NCBI GenBank assembly: GCA_046726415.1
Contig: JBKPAK010000348.1
Span: 1-29,148, forward strand
Reading direction: 5' to 3'
DNA: 29,148 bases
Source: Candidatus Methylomirabilota bacterium
GTDB taxonomy: Bacteria; Methylomirabilota; Methylomirabilia; Rokubacteriales; CSP1-6
The position numbers and the translations under genes are program-made. Of this stretch, positions 9,900 to 18,392 are shown in pieces (positions within the stretch are counted from its first letter, which is position 1; every line of letters starts with the position of its first letter). The notes beneath the pieces are model-generated. The model ran no database searches and was not told the origin of the DNA. It saw only the letters and a program-made list of their open reading frames with translations.

Positions 9900-11146
9900 T
9901 CAGAGATTGCCACGCCTCGCCACCTGTGCTTTGCGCGGAGCCGCGATCCACGCGGCCACCGCGGACGCGGCGATGGCGAGCGCGGCGACCGCGAACGCGA
10001 TCTGATAGCTTCCAGTGACGTCGAAGAGCCAGCCCCCGAGGAACGGCCCGACGAAGCCTCCAAGTCCGCCGCCACCCTGCGCCGCCCCGAGAATGACTCC
10101 CAGATGCCGTCCGGCGAAAAGGTCAGTCGGGATGGCCGCTAGCAGGGAAATGCGCATGCCGAAGCCCGCCCCCGCCACCACGTACCCGAGCAGGAGCCAA
10201 AGGTCTTCGGGGCCGCCGAGCCAACCGAGACAGCCGATGCCAGCGATCCCGATGGCCGAACCGAGCGCCAAGACCCACTCCCTGCCCCAGCGATCGGAAA
10301 GGGCGCCGCCGATCACGTTCCCCGCAACCGTGCACGCGCCTCCCAGCCCAAACACCCACCCGAGGGTGACAGCGCTGAAGCCCCGGTCGAGAGCGTGAGC
10401 GACCTGGTGCGTCGTCACGATCTGGTAGCCGATCACTCCGAACTCCCACATCGCGAACACCGCCCAGAACGGGACACTGCGGAGCGCCATGCCCAGCGTC
10501 CAATCGCGGGCACCCGGCGTCCGATCGACATGCGCCTCGCGCTCGCCGTCAGCGTTCTTGGGCAGGTCACGATAGAGGCCGGCAGCGAGCGGGATGGTTA
10601 CGAGGGCCACGAGGAGGCCGAAGATCGCCAGCGCCGTGCGCCAGCCGAAGACGACGATCAGGTACGTGTTCACCGGATAGAAGATGATGGCGCTGGCCGA
10701 GGCGCCCGCGCCGATGATACCCATCGCCGCGCCACGCGAACGAACGAACCACCGGCTGACAATGGCCGCGGCCGGAATCTGAATGCAGGCGATGCCTGCA
10801 CCGCCGAGGACACCGAAGGCGAGATAGTACTGCCACAGCGTGGTCACCAGACCCGTCAGCGCAAGGGCCACGCCGAGAAGCAGCCCGCCGGCCGGCACGA
10901 GGAGCCTGGCTCCCCAGCGGTCGTACAGCCAGCCAGTGGCGAGAAGACGAGGAGCAACAACCAACTCAAGGAGTAGCCGATCGCCGCCTCGCCGCGCCTC
11001 CAGGCAAACTCGCCGAGGAGCGCGACATAGAACACGGCGAACGTCGAGCGAACTGACCAGGCGAGTAAGTTGACGGTGGCGGAGACGGCGACCACGACCC
11101 AGCGATACGGCGACTGCGCGTCGCTCCGGCGCGCGTTTACGCTCAT
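9900..11146 (-). pseudogene. MFS transporter (OFA/MCT-like) with a frameshift near 10945
   Basis: MSVNARRSDAQSPYRWVVVAVSAT..GYSLSWLLLLVFSPLA continues in another frame as GWLYDRWGAR (motif A). A second motif GALSDRWGRE and many TM segments follow. Confidence 0.85.
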
Positions 11147-11234
11147 CGGCCACGTGTACGGCACCGAGGCCGAGCGGATGTGCAACGCCGGCCGGCGGAA
11201 GTGTAGACCGTGGAAAACATACGGAGGGCTATCG

Positions 11235-11301
11235 CTGTCTCTGGGGGGAGCTTCCGATAAGAGGATGTTGGGTCAACAGGCCCTTTATCCCGCCTATGCT
11301 C
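11235..11301 (+). repeat. 67-bp unit, copy 2, ending in an oriIS-like motif
   Basis: Identical to 1499-1565 and in the same orientation; flanks are unrelated. Confidence 0.9.
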
Positions 11302-11830
11302 GTCACCTTTTGCAACCGTCCCCGTCCGGGGCGTGGTGTACCGGAAGGCCGCGTAAACCGCTCTTTGTCACTCGGCAGACTACCCCATCCCGCCTGAGCC
11401 AGTTCACGGCGGTGCCCGCCGCGCGGAGTGTCTTCGTGCCTGCTTCTTCCAGCTTCCTACGCCCTCTCCCTCGACACCGCCGTCGGTGAATGGAGCGTAG
11501 CGACCCGGCCCGAGCGCGACCGTGCTGAGGCGTCTGACAGCCTTCCCGGCTAGGCCCCAGGATCTCAGTTCATCCTGTCCGTGGTGGCCGGGTCGATGAC
11601 AACACCACCTTGCCATGCCCCTCATGGATGGCCTTCGGGCAGGCGTAGATGCCGGCGCACTTCACGCCGGAGAGATCCACGTCGCCACACCGGCTTTCTC
11701 CTCGGCATGCCGACGTAGTCGCGGCTAGTGGCGACCATTTGTGCCTTGTTACGCAGGGGGAGGACAGGCTCGGTGACATCAAACTCCTCGCCCATCGATA
11801 CGGTCAGCCGGCCTACGGCCGCGGTGGGAC

Positions 11831-13147
11831 TCAGTCAGTGGCGTCGACGCTCCCGACCCGTGGTCGCAACCTGCTGATTACGGACGACGCAGTGGTCGTG
11901 GCCAGGCGCTGGCCATAGATCTCACGTAGGGGCGGGGCGTACAGCGTGAGGATGGTCACCGCGATGAACACGAGCCCCGGCAAGGCGAGCATCGACCCGG
12001 CGCCGAACCCGTCGGCGAGCCGGCCGATGGCGAGGTTGCTGACGCCCATCACCCCGCCACCCGACCCCCAGTACAACGCCAGCACCCGCCCACGGACATG
12101 ATCGGGGGTGGCGATCTGTAGCAACGTCGTCGCCAGCGCGATGAACATCGACTGTGTCAGACCGACGGCCGCCGCCGCAACCAGCGCACCGGGCCAGGAG
12201 ACGGCGTAGCCCAGGGGCACCAGCGTCAGCCCGCTGAGGATGCTCGTCGCGAAGAACAGATGGCCGCAGTGGACCCGTCGCGCGAAGCCGGCAAGCAGGA
12301 AGGCGCCGACGAGCGAGCCGCCGCCGATCGCCATCATGAGCAGGCTATAGGCCGTGCCGGACGCACCAAGCACATCAGCCGCTCGCCGCGGCAGCGCGGC
12401 GTCGTACCCCATCGTCAAGGCACAGTGAAGGATGACTAGCGCAATCACCGAGAACACGACCGGGGCGCGGACGACGTAGCGGACACCCTGGGCGAGCTGC
12501 GCGAGCGCGTTATGGTCCGAGCCGCTGCGCTGGTGCGGGACCTCGCCTAATACCCAGATGTGCCAGAAGGCCATGGCGGAGAGCCCGCCCGCGACGAGGA
12601 AGGCGCCGGCGCCACCACCGACGTGGAGCAACGGCGCGGCGAGCAGCGGCCCCAGCAGCCGCGCGCCGTTCAGATTCGCCTGGAGAAGGGAGACGGCGTT
12701 GAGCAGGTCCGGCGCAGGGACGAGGCTCCGGAGCATCGCCTGCTCCATCGGCGTGCTGGAAGTACGGGACGCGCCAAGGATGAAGGAGACGACGACGAGG
12801 GGCCAGGCGCTCTGGCCTCCCGTCCATGCGAACCCTGCGAGCGCGAGGGCCGCGAGCAGACCGATCGCGTTCATGGTGAGCAACATCGTCCGCCGGTCGT
12901 AACGGTCGGCGAAGACACCGGCGAAGGGGGTGATGATGAGCGATGGCAAGAAGGACGCGAACACGACGACGCCGACGGTGCTCGAGTGGTGGTGCAGGTC
13001 GAACGCTACCCACCCGGACGCCGTGAGCGCGGTCATGTAGGCGACGCCCGACAGGATCGACGCCGTCCACAGCGGCCGAAAACGCTTGTGCCGAACGGCT
13101 GAGAAAATACCGGCCCGATCTCCGCCCGCAACGATGCTGGTCGGCAT
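11831..13147 (-). CDS. MFS transporter (DHA3 / MFS_3, EntS-like)
   Basis: FRPLWTASILS, motif A GVFADRYDRR, NGARLLGPLLA and PDHVRGRVLAL, with multiple TM segments. Start placed at MPTSIV, which is conserved in the duplicate at 5681. Confidence 0.9.
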   Translation of the reverse strand: MPTSIVAGGDRAGIFSAVRHKRFRPLWTASILSGVAYMTALTASGWVAFDLHHHSSTVGVVVFASFLPSLIITPFAGVFADRYDRRTMLLTMNAIGLLAALALAGFAWTGGQSAWPLVVVSFILGASRTSSTPMEQAMLRSLVPAPDLLNAVSLLQANLNGARLLGPLLAAPLLHVGGGAGAFLVAGGLSAMAFWHIWVLGEVPHQRSGSDHNALAQLAQGVRYVVRAPVVFSVIALVILHCALTMGYDAALPRRAADVLGASGTAYSLLMMAIGGGSLVGAFLLAGFARRVHCGHLFFATSILSGLTLVPLGYAVSWPGALVAAAAVGLTQSMFIALATTLLQIATPDHVRGRVLALYWGSGGGVMGVSNLAIGRLADGFGAGSMLALPGLVFIAVTILTLYAPPLREIYGQRLATTTASSVISRLRPRVGSVDATD

Positions 13148-13235
13148 TAGCTCAAGGCTGCGACCCCTTGCCCCAGGCGTCAAGGTGGGCATCCGGTCGG
13201 GCCTCGTAGGAGACGGTTCAATCTTAGGCCGTTAT

Positions 13236-13263
13236 GCGACCCGTAACGCGAATTATGTACGCG
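13236..13263 (+). other. dif/Xer-like recombination site
   Basis: GCGACCCGTAA-CGCGAA-TTATGTACGCG has an 11-6-11 layout with the TAA-N6-TTATGT core of dif (E. coli GGTGCGCATAA-TGTATA-TTATGTTAAAT). The outer arms diverge. Confidence 0.5.
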
Positions 13264-13273
13264 TTTGCGTTCA

Positions 13274-14893
13274 TCAGGCAGCCTCGAGGCCGACGGCGCG
13301 GACGAGACGGTCGAGCGCGCCGGTGACACGCTGATAGAGCCGATCGAGTTGGGACAGCTTCTGATGGGCGAGCTGCGCATCAGTGCCGACAGGTCGCAGC
13401 AGCCCGGCGGTGAGGGGAGCGTAGACACGTTCGAAGAGCTTGAGGAACACCAAGCAGAGGCGGTACCCCTCCGGACGGAGACGATACCGTCGCGAATGTG
13501 GAAGTTTCTCGACCAAGCCGTTCGCCCGCAGCTTCGAGACGTCGTAGCGCAAGGACGAGAGGCGGTAGTCGGCGGGGGAACGGTTCAGGGCCTCGGCCAC
13601 CGGCGTATGGAGTTCCGCCCTGCTGAAGGTGCGGCCGGCCGCCAGGTGGGAGAAGCGGACCAGGGCCTGCATGAGGGCCAGCTGGCGCGGATGATCGAGC
13701 CGCAAGCCGGGGATACGTTTGCCGCTCGGGAGGATGGTCGGCTGGCTCAGTTCCCGCAGCTGACCGCGGTCGAGGAACGTCTCGAGAATGTCTTGTTGCA
13801 CGTCCAGATAGGTATCGAGGATCGACGCTTGCTTCTGGCGCAGCTGGGGGAGCTGGTCGATCGCCTTGGGGACGGCGTAGTCTCGGACATCGTTCGTGGC
13901 CGCTTCGGTACGCAGCAGGAGATGGTCGCGCACGTACTGTTTGACGAAGCCATGCCCGTAGTGGCTCCGGATCACGGGATTGGGGAGGTGGAGATCCTCG
14001 ATGACGGTCTGCACCTGCCCGCGAGAGCGTCGGGTGATCTTGCGGCCCAAGATCACCGTGAGCTTGTTGGGCTGACCGATGGTGCGATTGGCGTCCAGCA
14101 AGCGCTCGCCCAGTTCGTCGAGAGCGGCCCGCCGGTGAAAGACCAAGTTGTCGCAGTACTCGACCTGGGCGAAGAACAGCCGATGCCGACAGCCGGCCTC
14201 GGTGCGTTCCCGCGCGGTGAAGAACGGGGTGAAGCGGGTGAGCCATTTCTCGCCGCAGTGCGCCAGGTCGCGCGCCGTCAGCGAGTCGGCGAGTTCCTGG
14301 AGGCGCTCCGGGATCCGGCACTTCAGGAAGGCATTGCCACACTGCTGGAAGTCGATGCCTTCCGTCCGGAGTTCGTGGGCCAGCCAGTGGTGCTGGTTCA
14401 GACAGAGGCGGGCCGAGAAGGGGAAATACGGGCACACGCGGACGAACATCCGGCCCCAGCGGGCATCGTTCACGTAGAAGTTGTACTGCACGACCCAGCG
14501 CTGCGCGAACTGGAGATGCCAGCGATTCGCGGTCTTGTTCCCGTGGGCAATGAGGATCCGCGCGGGTTCGCGGGCCTTGAGGATGACGACCACCGCGTCG
14601 GACGTGGCGCGCCTGAAGTAGGGCTCGACAAATTCGTCGCGCCGCCCGGGGGGCGCGTCCAGGAGGGGCACGCCCCAGGTGCGCGCCCGGTTCTTAACCC
14701 AGTTGTGGAACTGGGTGGCGATGTCGCGCAGCGCATCCCGGGTCACGAGCTGGTGCTCCCGGTAGCTGTTGAAAAACCCGATGACGCGTTCGGGTTGCTG
14801 GAACGGCTGGATCACGGCGTTGAGCAGAATCCGATCGAAGCACCGGTACCCGAACCGAATGCTACCCTGGTGATGCTCGTAGAACGCGTTCAT
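13274..14893 (-). CDS. 539-aa uncharacterised putative transposase/replication initiator with a C-terminal winged HTH
   Basis: Intact ORF, GGAGGA RBS then ATG at 14893 (MNAFYEHH). Motifs CFDRILL, QVEYCDNLVF and FVKQYVRDHLLLRTE. C-terminal LRYDVSKLRANGLVEKLPHSRRYRL looks like a wHTH recognition helix and wing. Confidence 0.8.
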   Translation of the reverse strand: MNAFYEHHQGSIRFGYRCFDRILLNAVIQPFQQPERVIGFFNSYREHQLVTRDALRDIATQFHNWVKNRARTWGVPLLDAPPGRRDEFVEPYFRRATSDAVVVILKAREPARILIAHGNKTANRWHLQFAQRWVVQYNFYVNDARWGRMFVRVCPYFPFSARLCLNQHHWLAHELRTEGIDFQQCGNAFLKCRIPERLQELADSLTARDLAHCGEKWLTRFTPFFTARERTEAGCRHRLFFAQVEYCDNLVFHRRAALDELGERLLDANRTIGQPNKLTVILGRKITRRSRGQVQTVIEDLHLPNPVIRSHYGHGFVKQYVRDHLLLRTEAATNDVRDYAVPKAIDQLPQLRQKQASILDTYLDVQQDILETFLDRGQLRELSQPTILPSGKRIPGLRLDHPRQLALMQALVRFSHLAAGRTFSRAELHTPVAEALNRSPADYRLSSLRYDVSKLRANGLVEKLPHSRRYRLRPEGYRLCLVFLKLFERVYAPLTAGLLRPVGTDAQLAHQKLSQLDRLYQRVTGALDRLVRAVGLEAA

Positions 14894-15111
14894 GGCGTCC
14901 TCCCGCGTGGTGAGATACCGGGAGCGTACCGCCATGAACGCGTCTACGGGTGCTGGCCAATCCCCGCCGGTCTGGGGCCTGGCCGCCGGCGTCGGGATCA
15001 CGGGAAGATCAACGACGGGGCGCAACCCCGCGCGAGCGCAGCGAGCGATCTTCGTGATCACCTCCATGCGCTGTATCGGCGGGATATCAAGGGCGAAGCC
15101 CTTGGCTAGTT
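14878..15111 (-). promoter_or_regulatory. Highly structured leader / element end, including a stem that covers the RBS and start codon
   Basis: Stems on the + strand: CGTAGAACGCGTTCATGGCG (14878-14897) with CGCCATGAACGCGTCTACG (14930-14948); GATCACGGGAAGATC...GATCTTCGTGATC (14996-15059); CAAGGGC-GAA-GCCCTTG (15088-15104). Confidence 0.75.
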
Positions 15112-15246
15112 GGTTCTGAGCACCACGGACGGTCAGCGCACACGACCATCCCCTGCCCAGAGCTCCGCCCCGAGCGCGATCCTGGTGCACGCCGCGGAAG
15201 GTGCGGGCTTCTGGACTTCCTGCGCTCGCCCGCCTTCATCTCCGTC

Positions 15247-16266
15247 TCAGCCATCGATGCCTCCCCCGGATCGGTGCAGACGCGGCATCAACTCGTCGAT
15301 CACCCGTCGCAGCTGGGCCTTCTGGTCCCAGGAGGTCAGCCGCAGCGTGAAGTGCTGTACGCCGGCGTCGATGAACTGGTTGATGTGCTCGGCGCAGGAC
15401 TTCACGTCGCCGTGGGCGATCCACATGTCGACGGTCGCCTTCGGGAAGTCCGTCATGTAGTACTTGTCGATGAACTTCTTCGACTCCTCGTAGGCGCGCG
15501 TCCGGTCGTCGTTGATGTGGACGTTGAAGTAGAGGCAGGTGGGGACGGTGTCCGCGTCCCGTCCTTCGGCGCGCAGCGCGTCCCGGACGCGGCGCCACGC
15601 CTCGCGAAAGCCGGCCGGCGTCACCATCGTCGTCATCCACCCGTCGGCAAAGCGGGCGACGCGTTGGGCGGCGCGCGAGAGCGTCTGCTCGCCGACGTTG
15701 AACACCTGGGGATTGTTGGCGATCCAGATCGGCAGCGGCCGCTGGGCGGGCTTGGGCTCGATGGTCACCTCGTCCAGCTGGTAGAACCGCCCGCGCAGCG
15801 TGACGTGGTCCTCGTTCCAAAGCCGCCGGAGGACCTGGATGCCCTCCTCCATCCGGGCGGCGCGCTCGGCGATGGGCACGCCCATCGTCTGGAACTCCTT
15901 GAAGAAGTCGCCGCCCGCCTCCTGGCTGCCGCCGCCCATGCAGGCGACCATGATCGTCCGGCCGCCGGAGATCAGGTCGAGGCTGGCCCATTGATAGGCG
16001 AGGAGCACGGGGTGGCGGAGCGGGAAGCTCGCGAAGCAGGCGGGTCCCAGCTTGACGCGCCGGGTGCGGGCGGCGACCGCCGTGAGCAGCGTGACCGCCT
16101 CCAGGCGGGGCTTCGCCATCACGCTGTCGCCGACCCAGATCGCGTCGAAGGCCCCCGACGCCTCCGCCGTCTCCGCGAGCTCCAGCATCTCGGCTGGCGT
16201 GGTGGCGCCGAAGAGGACGCCACGGTTGGGGAGGGTGAGCCCGAAGGATGGGCGTGCAGTGGCCAT
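15247..16266 (-). CDS. LLM-class flavin-dependent oxidoreductase
   Basis: GFDAIWVGD-like motif, LTAVAART.RVKLG, RHPVLLAYQWASLDLISGGR, PKPAQRPLPIWI and RVARFADGW. Confidence 0.92.
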   Translation of the reverse strand: MATARPSFGLTLPNRGVLFGATTPAEMLELAETAEASGAFDAIWVGDSVMAKPRLEAVTLLTAVAARTRRVKLGPACFASFPLRHPVLLAYQWASLDLISGGRTIMVACMGGGSQEAGGDFFKEFQTMGVPIAERAARMEEGIQVLRRLWNEDHVTLRGRFYQLDEVTIEPKPAQRPLPIWIANNPQVFNVGEQTLSRAAQRVARFADGWMTTMVTPAGFREAWRRVRDALRAEGRDADTVPTCLYFNVHINDDRTRAYEESKKFIDKYYMTDFPKATVDMWIAHGDVKSCAEHINQFIDAGVQHFTLRLTSWDQKAQLRRVIDELMPRLHRSGGGIDG

Positions 16267-16326
16267 CTCCGACTCCTTTCGATTCAGTGGATCGTCGAGC
16301 GTTCCCCGATGAGCGGCCCCGACGGC

Positions 16327-17427
16327 TCAGACGGCGACGAGACGGCCGCGATCGACGATGGGCCGGCCGTTGGCGGTCAGCGTCGCATCGGTGAGGAAGA
16401 GCCAGTGGTGGAAGGTGGAGCGGTGCTTCCCACCGGACTCGAAGTTGTCGCCCAGGCTCACCCGGACCACCCCGTCCCCGTAGCCGAAGTACGGGATCTC
16501 GGCCTCGCCCCCCTCCGGTCTGAGCTCGGGGTTCGTTCCCACGTTGAACTCGCCGATCACATCGCGGGTCCCGGTCTCCTGCTCCCAGAGCGCCGCCACC
16601 ACGCCCGCATGGTGATCGCTGGTGAGGCGTCGGATGCGGCCACCCTGGAACTCGACCCGGAGCGTCCCCACGAAGTGCCCGCCGAACATCTGGTCGGGGA
16701 CATGGAGGCGGCCTTCGGCGTCGCCGACGTCGACCGTCCGGATGGCACCCGCGGGCAACTCCACCTCGCGGTCGCGTGCGCTCCCCGGGCGCGCGTGCTT
16801 CGCGATGAACGCCCGCGAGGCGTCGCCGTTGCCGAGGTGGAAGTGCGCGTCGGGGGCAACCGTGAAGCTCAGGTCGGTCCCCCGGGCGTCGGTGAGGCGC
16901 AGGCGGCGCCCGCGGAGCAGCTCCACCAGCGTTCGCTGGCGATCCGCGAGGGCAGCGTAGTCGCAGAAGAGGGCGCGCACGTACTGCTCCGACAATCGGC
17001 GAAAGACAGTCGGGTCCCGGACCTCCATGATCCAGTGGAAGTGAACGGACCGCCCCGGCCACGTCGTCAGGATCTCCTCCGTCTGCCACACGTTGTAGGT
17101 CCAGCTCGTGGGAAGCCAGATGTAGATGTCGGCGAGGGCGAAGACTCCCTTCAGCACGTCGTCCTCCTGCCGCCGGAGAGCCGGGTCCTCGCGCCGGCGG
17201 TGTTGCCGCCTGATCGCGTCGAGGGCCGGCGAATAGAGGAGCATGGCCGCCACCTCGATGGCCCCCGCGCGTGTGAATTCGATCCGGACCTGCTCGGTCA
17301 GCTCGGGGAAGTACGTGGGATCCGCGTGCAGGATCACTCGCTCGCCCGCCTCGGTCTTGAGCGCCTGATGCACGATGAGCTTCGCGATCCGGTTCCAGTC
17401 TGTCTGGAAGTCGCCGGGAATCGGCAT
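16327..17427 (-). CDS. Peptidase M29 (thermophilic aminopeptidase)-fold protein with atypical metal-site motifs
   Basis: AKLIVHQALK..GERVIL, RLTDARGTDLSF, ELPAGAI, EFQGGRI, IGEFNVGTNP and VSLGDN..GG. Confidence 0.75.
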   Translation of the reverse strand: MPIPGDFQTDWNRIAKLIVHQALKTEAGERVILHADPTYFPELTEQVRIEFTRAGAIEVAAMLLYSPALDAIRRQHRRREDPALRRQEDDVLKGVFALADIYIWLPTSWTYNVWQTEEILTTWPGRSVHFHWIMEVRDPTVFRRLSEQYVRALFCDYAALADRQRTLVELLRGRRLRLTDARGTDLSFTVAPDAHFHLGNGDASRAFIAKHARPGSARDREVELPAGAIRTVDVGDAEGRLHVPDQMFGGHFVGTLRVEFQGGRIRRLTSDHHAGVVAALWEQETGTRDVIGEFNVGTNPELRPEGGEAEIPYFGYGDGVVRVSLGDNFESGGKHRSTFHHWLFLTDATLTANGRPIVDRGRLVAV

Positions 17428-17440
17428 GGGTCTTCCTCTC

Positions 17441-18388
17441 TCAGCGGCGGGACGTCATCGGGAAGAGCAGCGGGTAGAGCCCGCCCGGCAGAAAGAACAC
17501 GAGCGCGATGTAGGTCAGGCCAACGAAGATCAGCCACGAGCGGAAGATGTCGCTCAGAACTTCGCGGGCGAGGATGACAAGGCTCGCGCCGAGGACGGGG
17601 CCGAGCAGGGTGCCGGTGCCGCCGAGGGTCGCGTAGAGCACGGCGTCCCCGGAAACCAGCCACCCCAGCGCCTCCGGCGCCGCGATCCTCTCGTGGAGGG
17701 CGGTCAGCGCGCCGGCGAGCCCGGCAAACAGGGCGGACACGCCGAAGGCGACCGTCTTGTACTGCTCCACGCGGTAGCCTGCGAAGCGCACCCGCAGCTC
17801 GTTCTCGCGGATCCCGACGAGGACCTGGCCGAACTGCGTTCGCGTGATCCCGCGCAGCGCCAGGTACGACAGCGCCACCGCCGCCAGGGCCGCATAGTAG
17901 AACGTGATCGGATGCGTGAGATCCAGGCCCAGCCAGGGCGCGGGGGCCACGCCAGGCAGGCCGTTGTCCCCGTTCGTGAGACCCCCGGGGTCGGAGAGCA
18001 CGACCAGGTAGAGCGTCTCCGCTGCCGCGAACGTGACCAGGAAGACCGCCACCGAGCCGACTCGAGCCGCGAGAGCACCGACGGCGAGGCCCACGACCAG
18101 CGCCACCGCGAGGGCGGCCGCGAGCAGGGCGGGCGTGGAGACGACCCCGCCGCGCACGGTCAGGATGGCGGCGGTGTAGGCGCCCGCGCCGAAGAACGCG
18201 GCGTGGCCGAAGGAGAAGAGGCCCACGTAGCCGTTCAGGAAGTCCCAGGCCATGGCGTAGAGTCCCATGAGCATCATCTGGACGACGACGTGCTGCACAT
18301 AGGCCTCGTAGCGCGTGCCCTCAAGCCCTGGCGGGATCACCGCGGCCAGGACCACGAGGAGCACGCCGGCCACGCCACCCCGTCTCAT
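17441..18388 (-). CDS. livM: Branched-chain amino acid-type ABC permease (LivM-like)
   Basis: GYVGLFSFGHAAFFGAGAY, TNGDNGL, IRENE.R..FAGY and LGGTGTLLGP. Confidence 0.88.
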   Translation of the reverse strand: MRRGGVAGVLLVVLAAVIPPGLEGTRYEAYVQHVVVQMMLMGLYAMAWDFLNGYVGLFSFGHAAFFGAGAYTAAILTVRGGVVSTPALLAAALAVALVVGLAVGALAARVGSVAVFLVTFAAAETLYLVVLSDPGGLTNGDNGLPGVAPAPWLGLDLTHPITFYYAALAAVALSYLALRGITRTQFGQVLVGIRENELRVRFAGYRVEQYKTVAFGVSALFAGLAGALTALHERIAAPEALGWLVSGDAVLYATLGGTGTLLGPVLGASLVILAREVLSDIFRSWLIFVGLTYIALVFFLPGGLYPLLFPMTSRR

Positions 18389-18392
18389 GGTG

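Larger units (their letters stand above)
13224..15111 (-). mobile_element. Candidate single-gene mobile element without terminal IRs (rolling-circle / Xer-associated hypothesis)
   Basis: One CDS flanked by a multi-hairpin 5' end (starting AACTAGCCAAGGGCTTCGCCCTTG) and a dif-like 3' end. It sits between two unrelated metabolic/transport genes. Boundaries are approximate. Confidence 0.6.

Noticed and set aside
11302..11830. Short ORFs between the MFS genes
   Set aside because: No recognisable motifs or translation signals.
13265..15109. 614-aa plus-strand ORF
   Set aside because: Antisense shadow of the Rep-like gene, with no motifs; common in high-GC DNA.
14894..15190. 99-aa N-terminal extension of the 638-aa ORF
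   Set aside because: It runs through the hairpin leader; the RBS supports the ATG at 14893.
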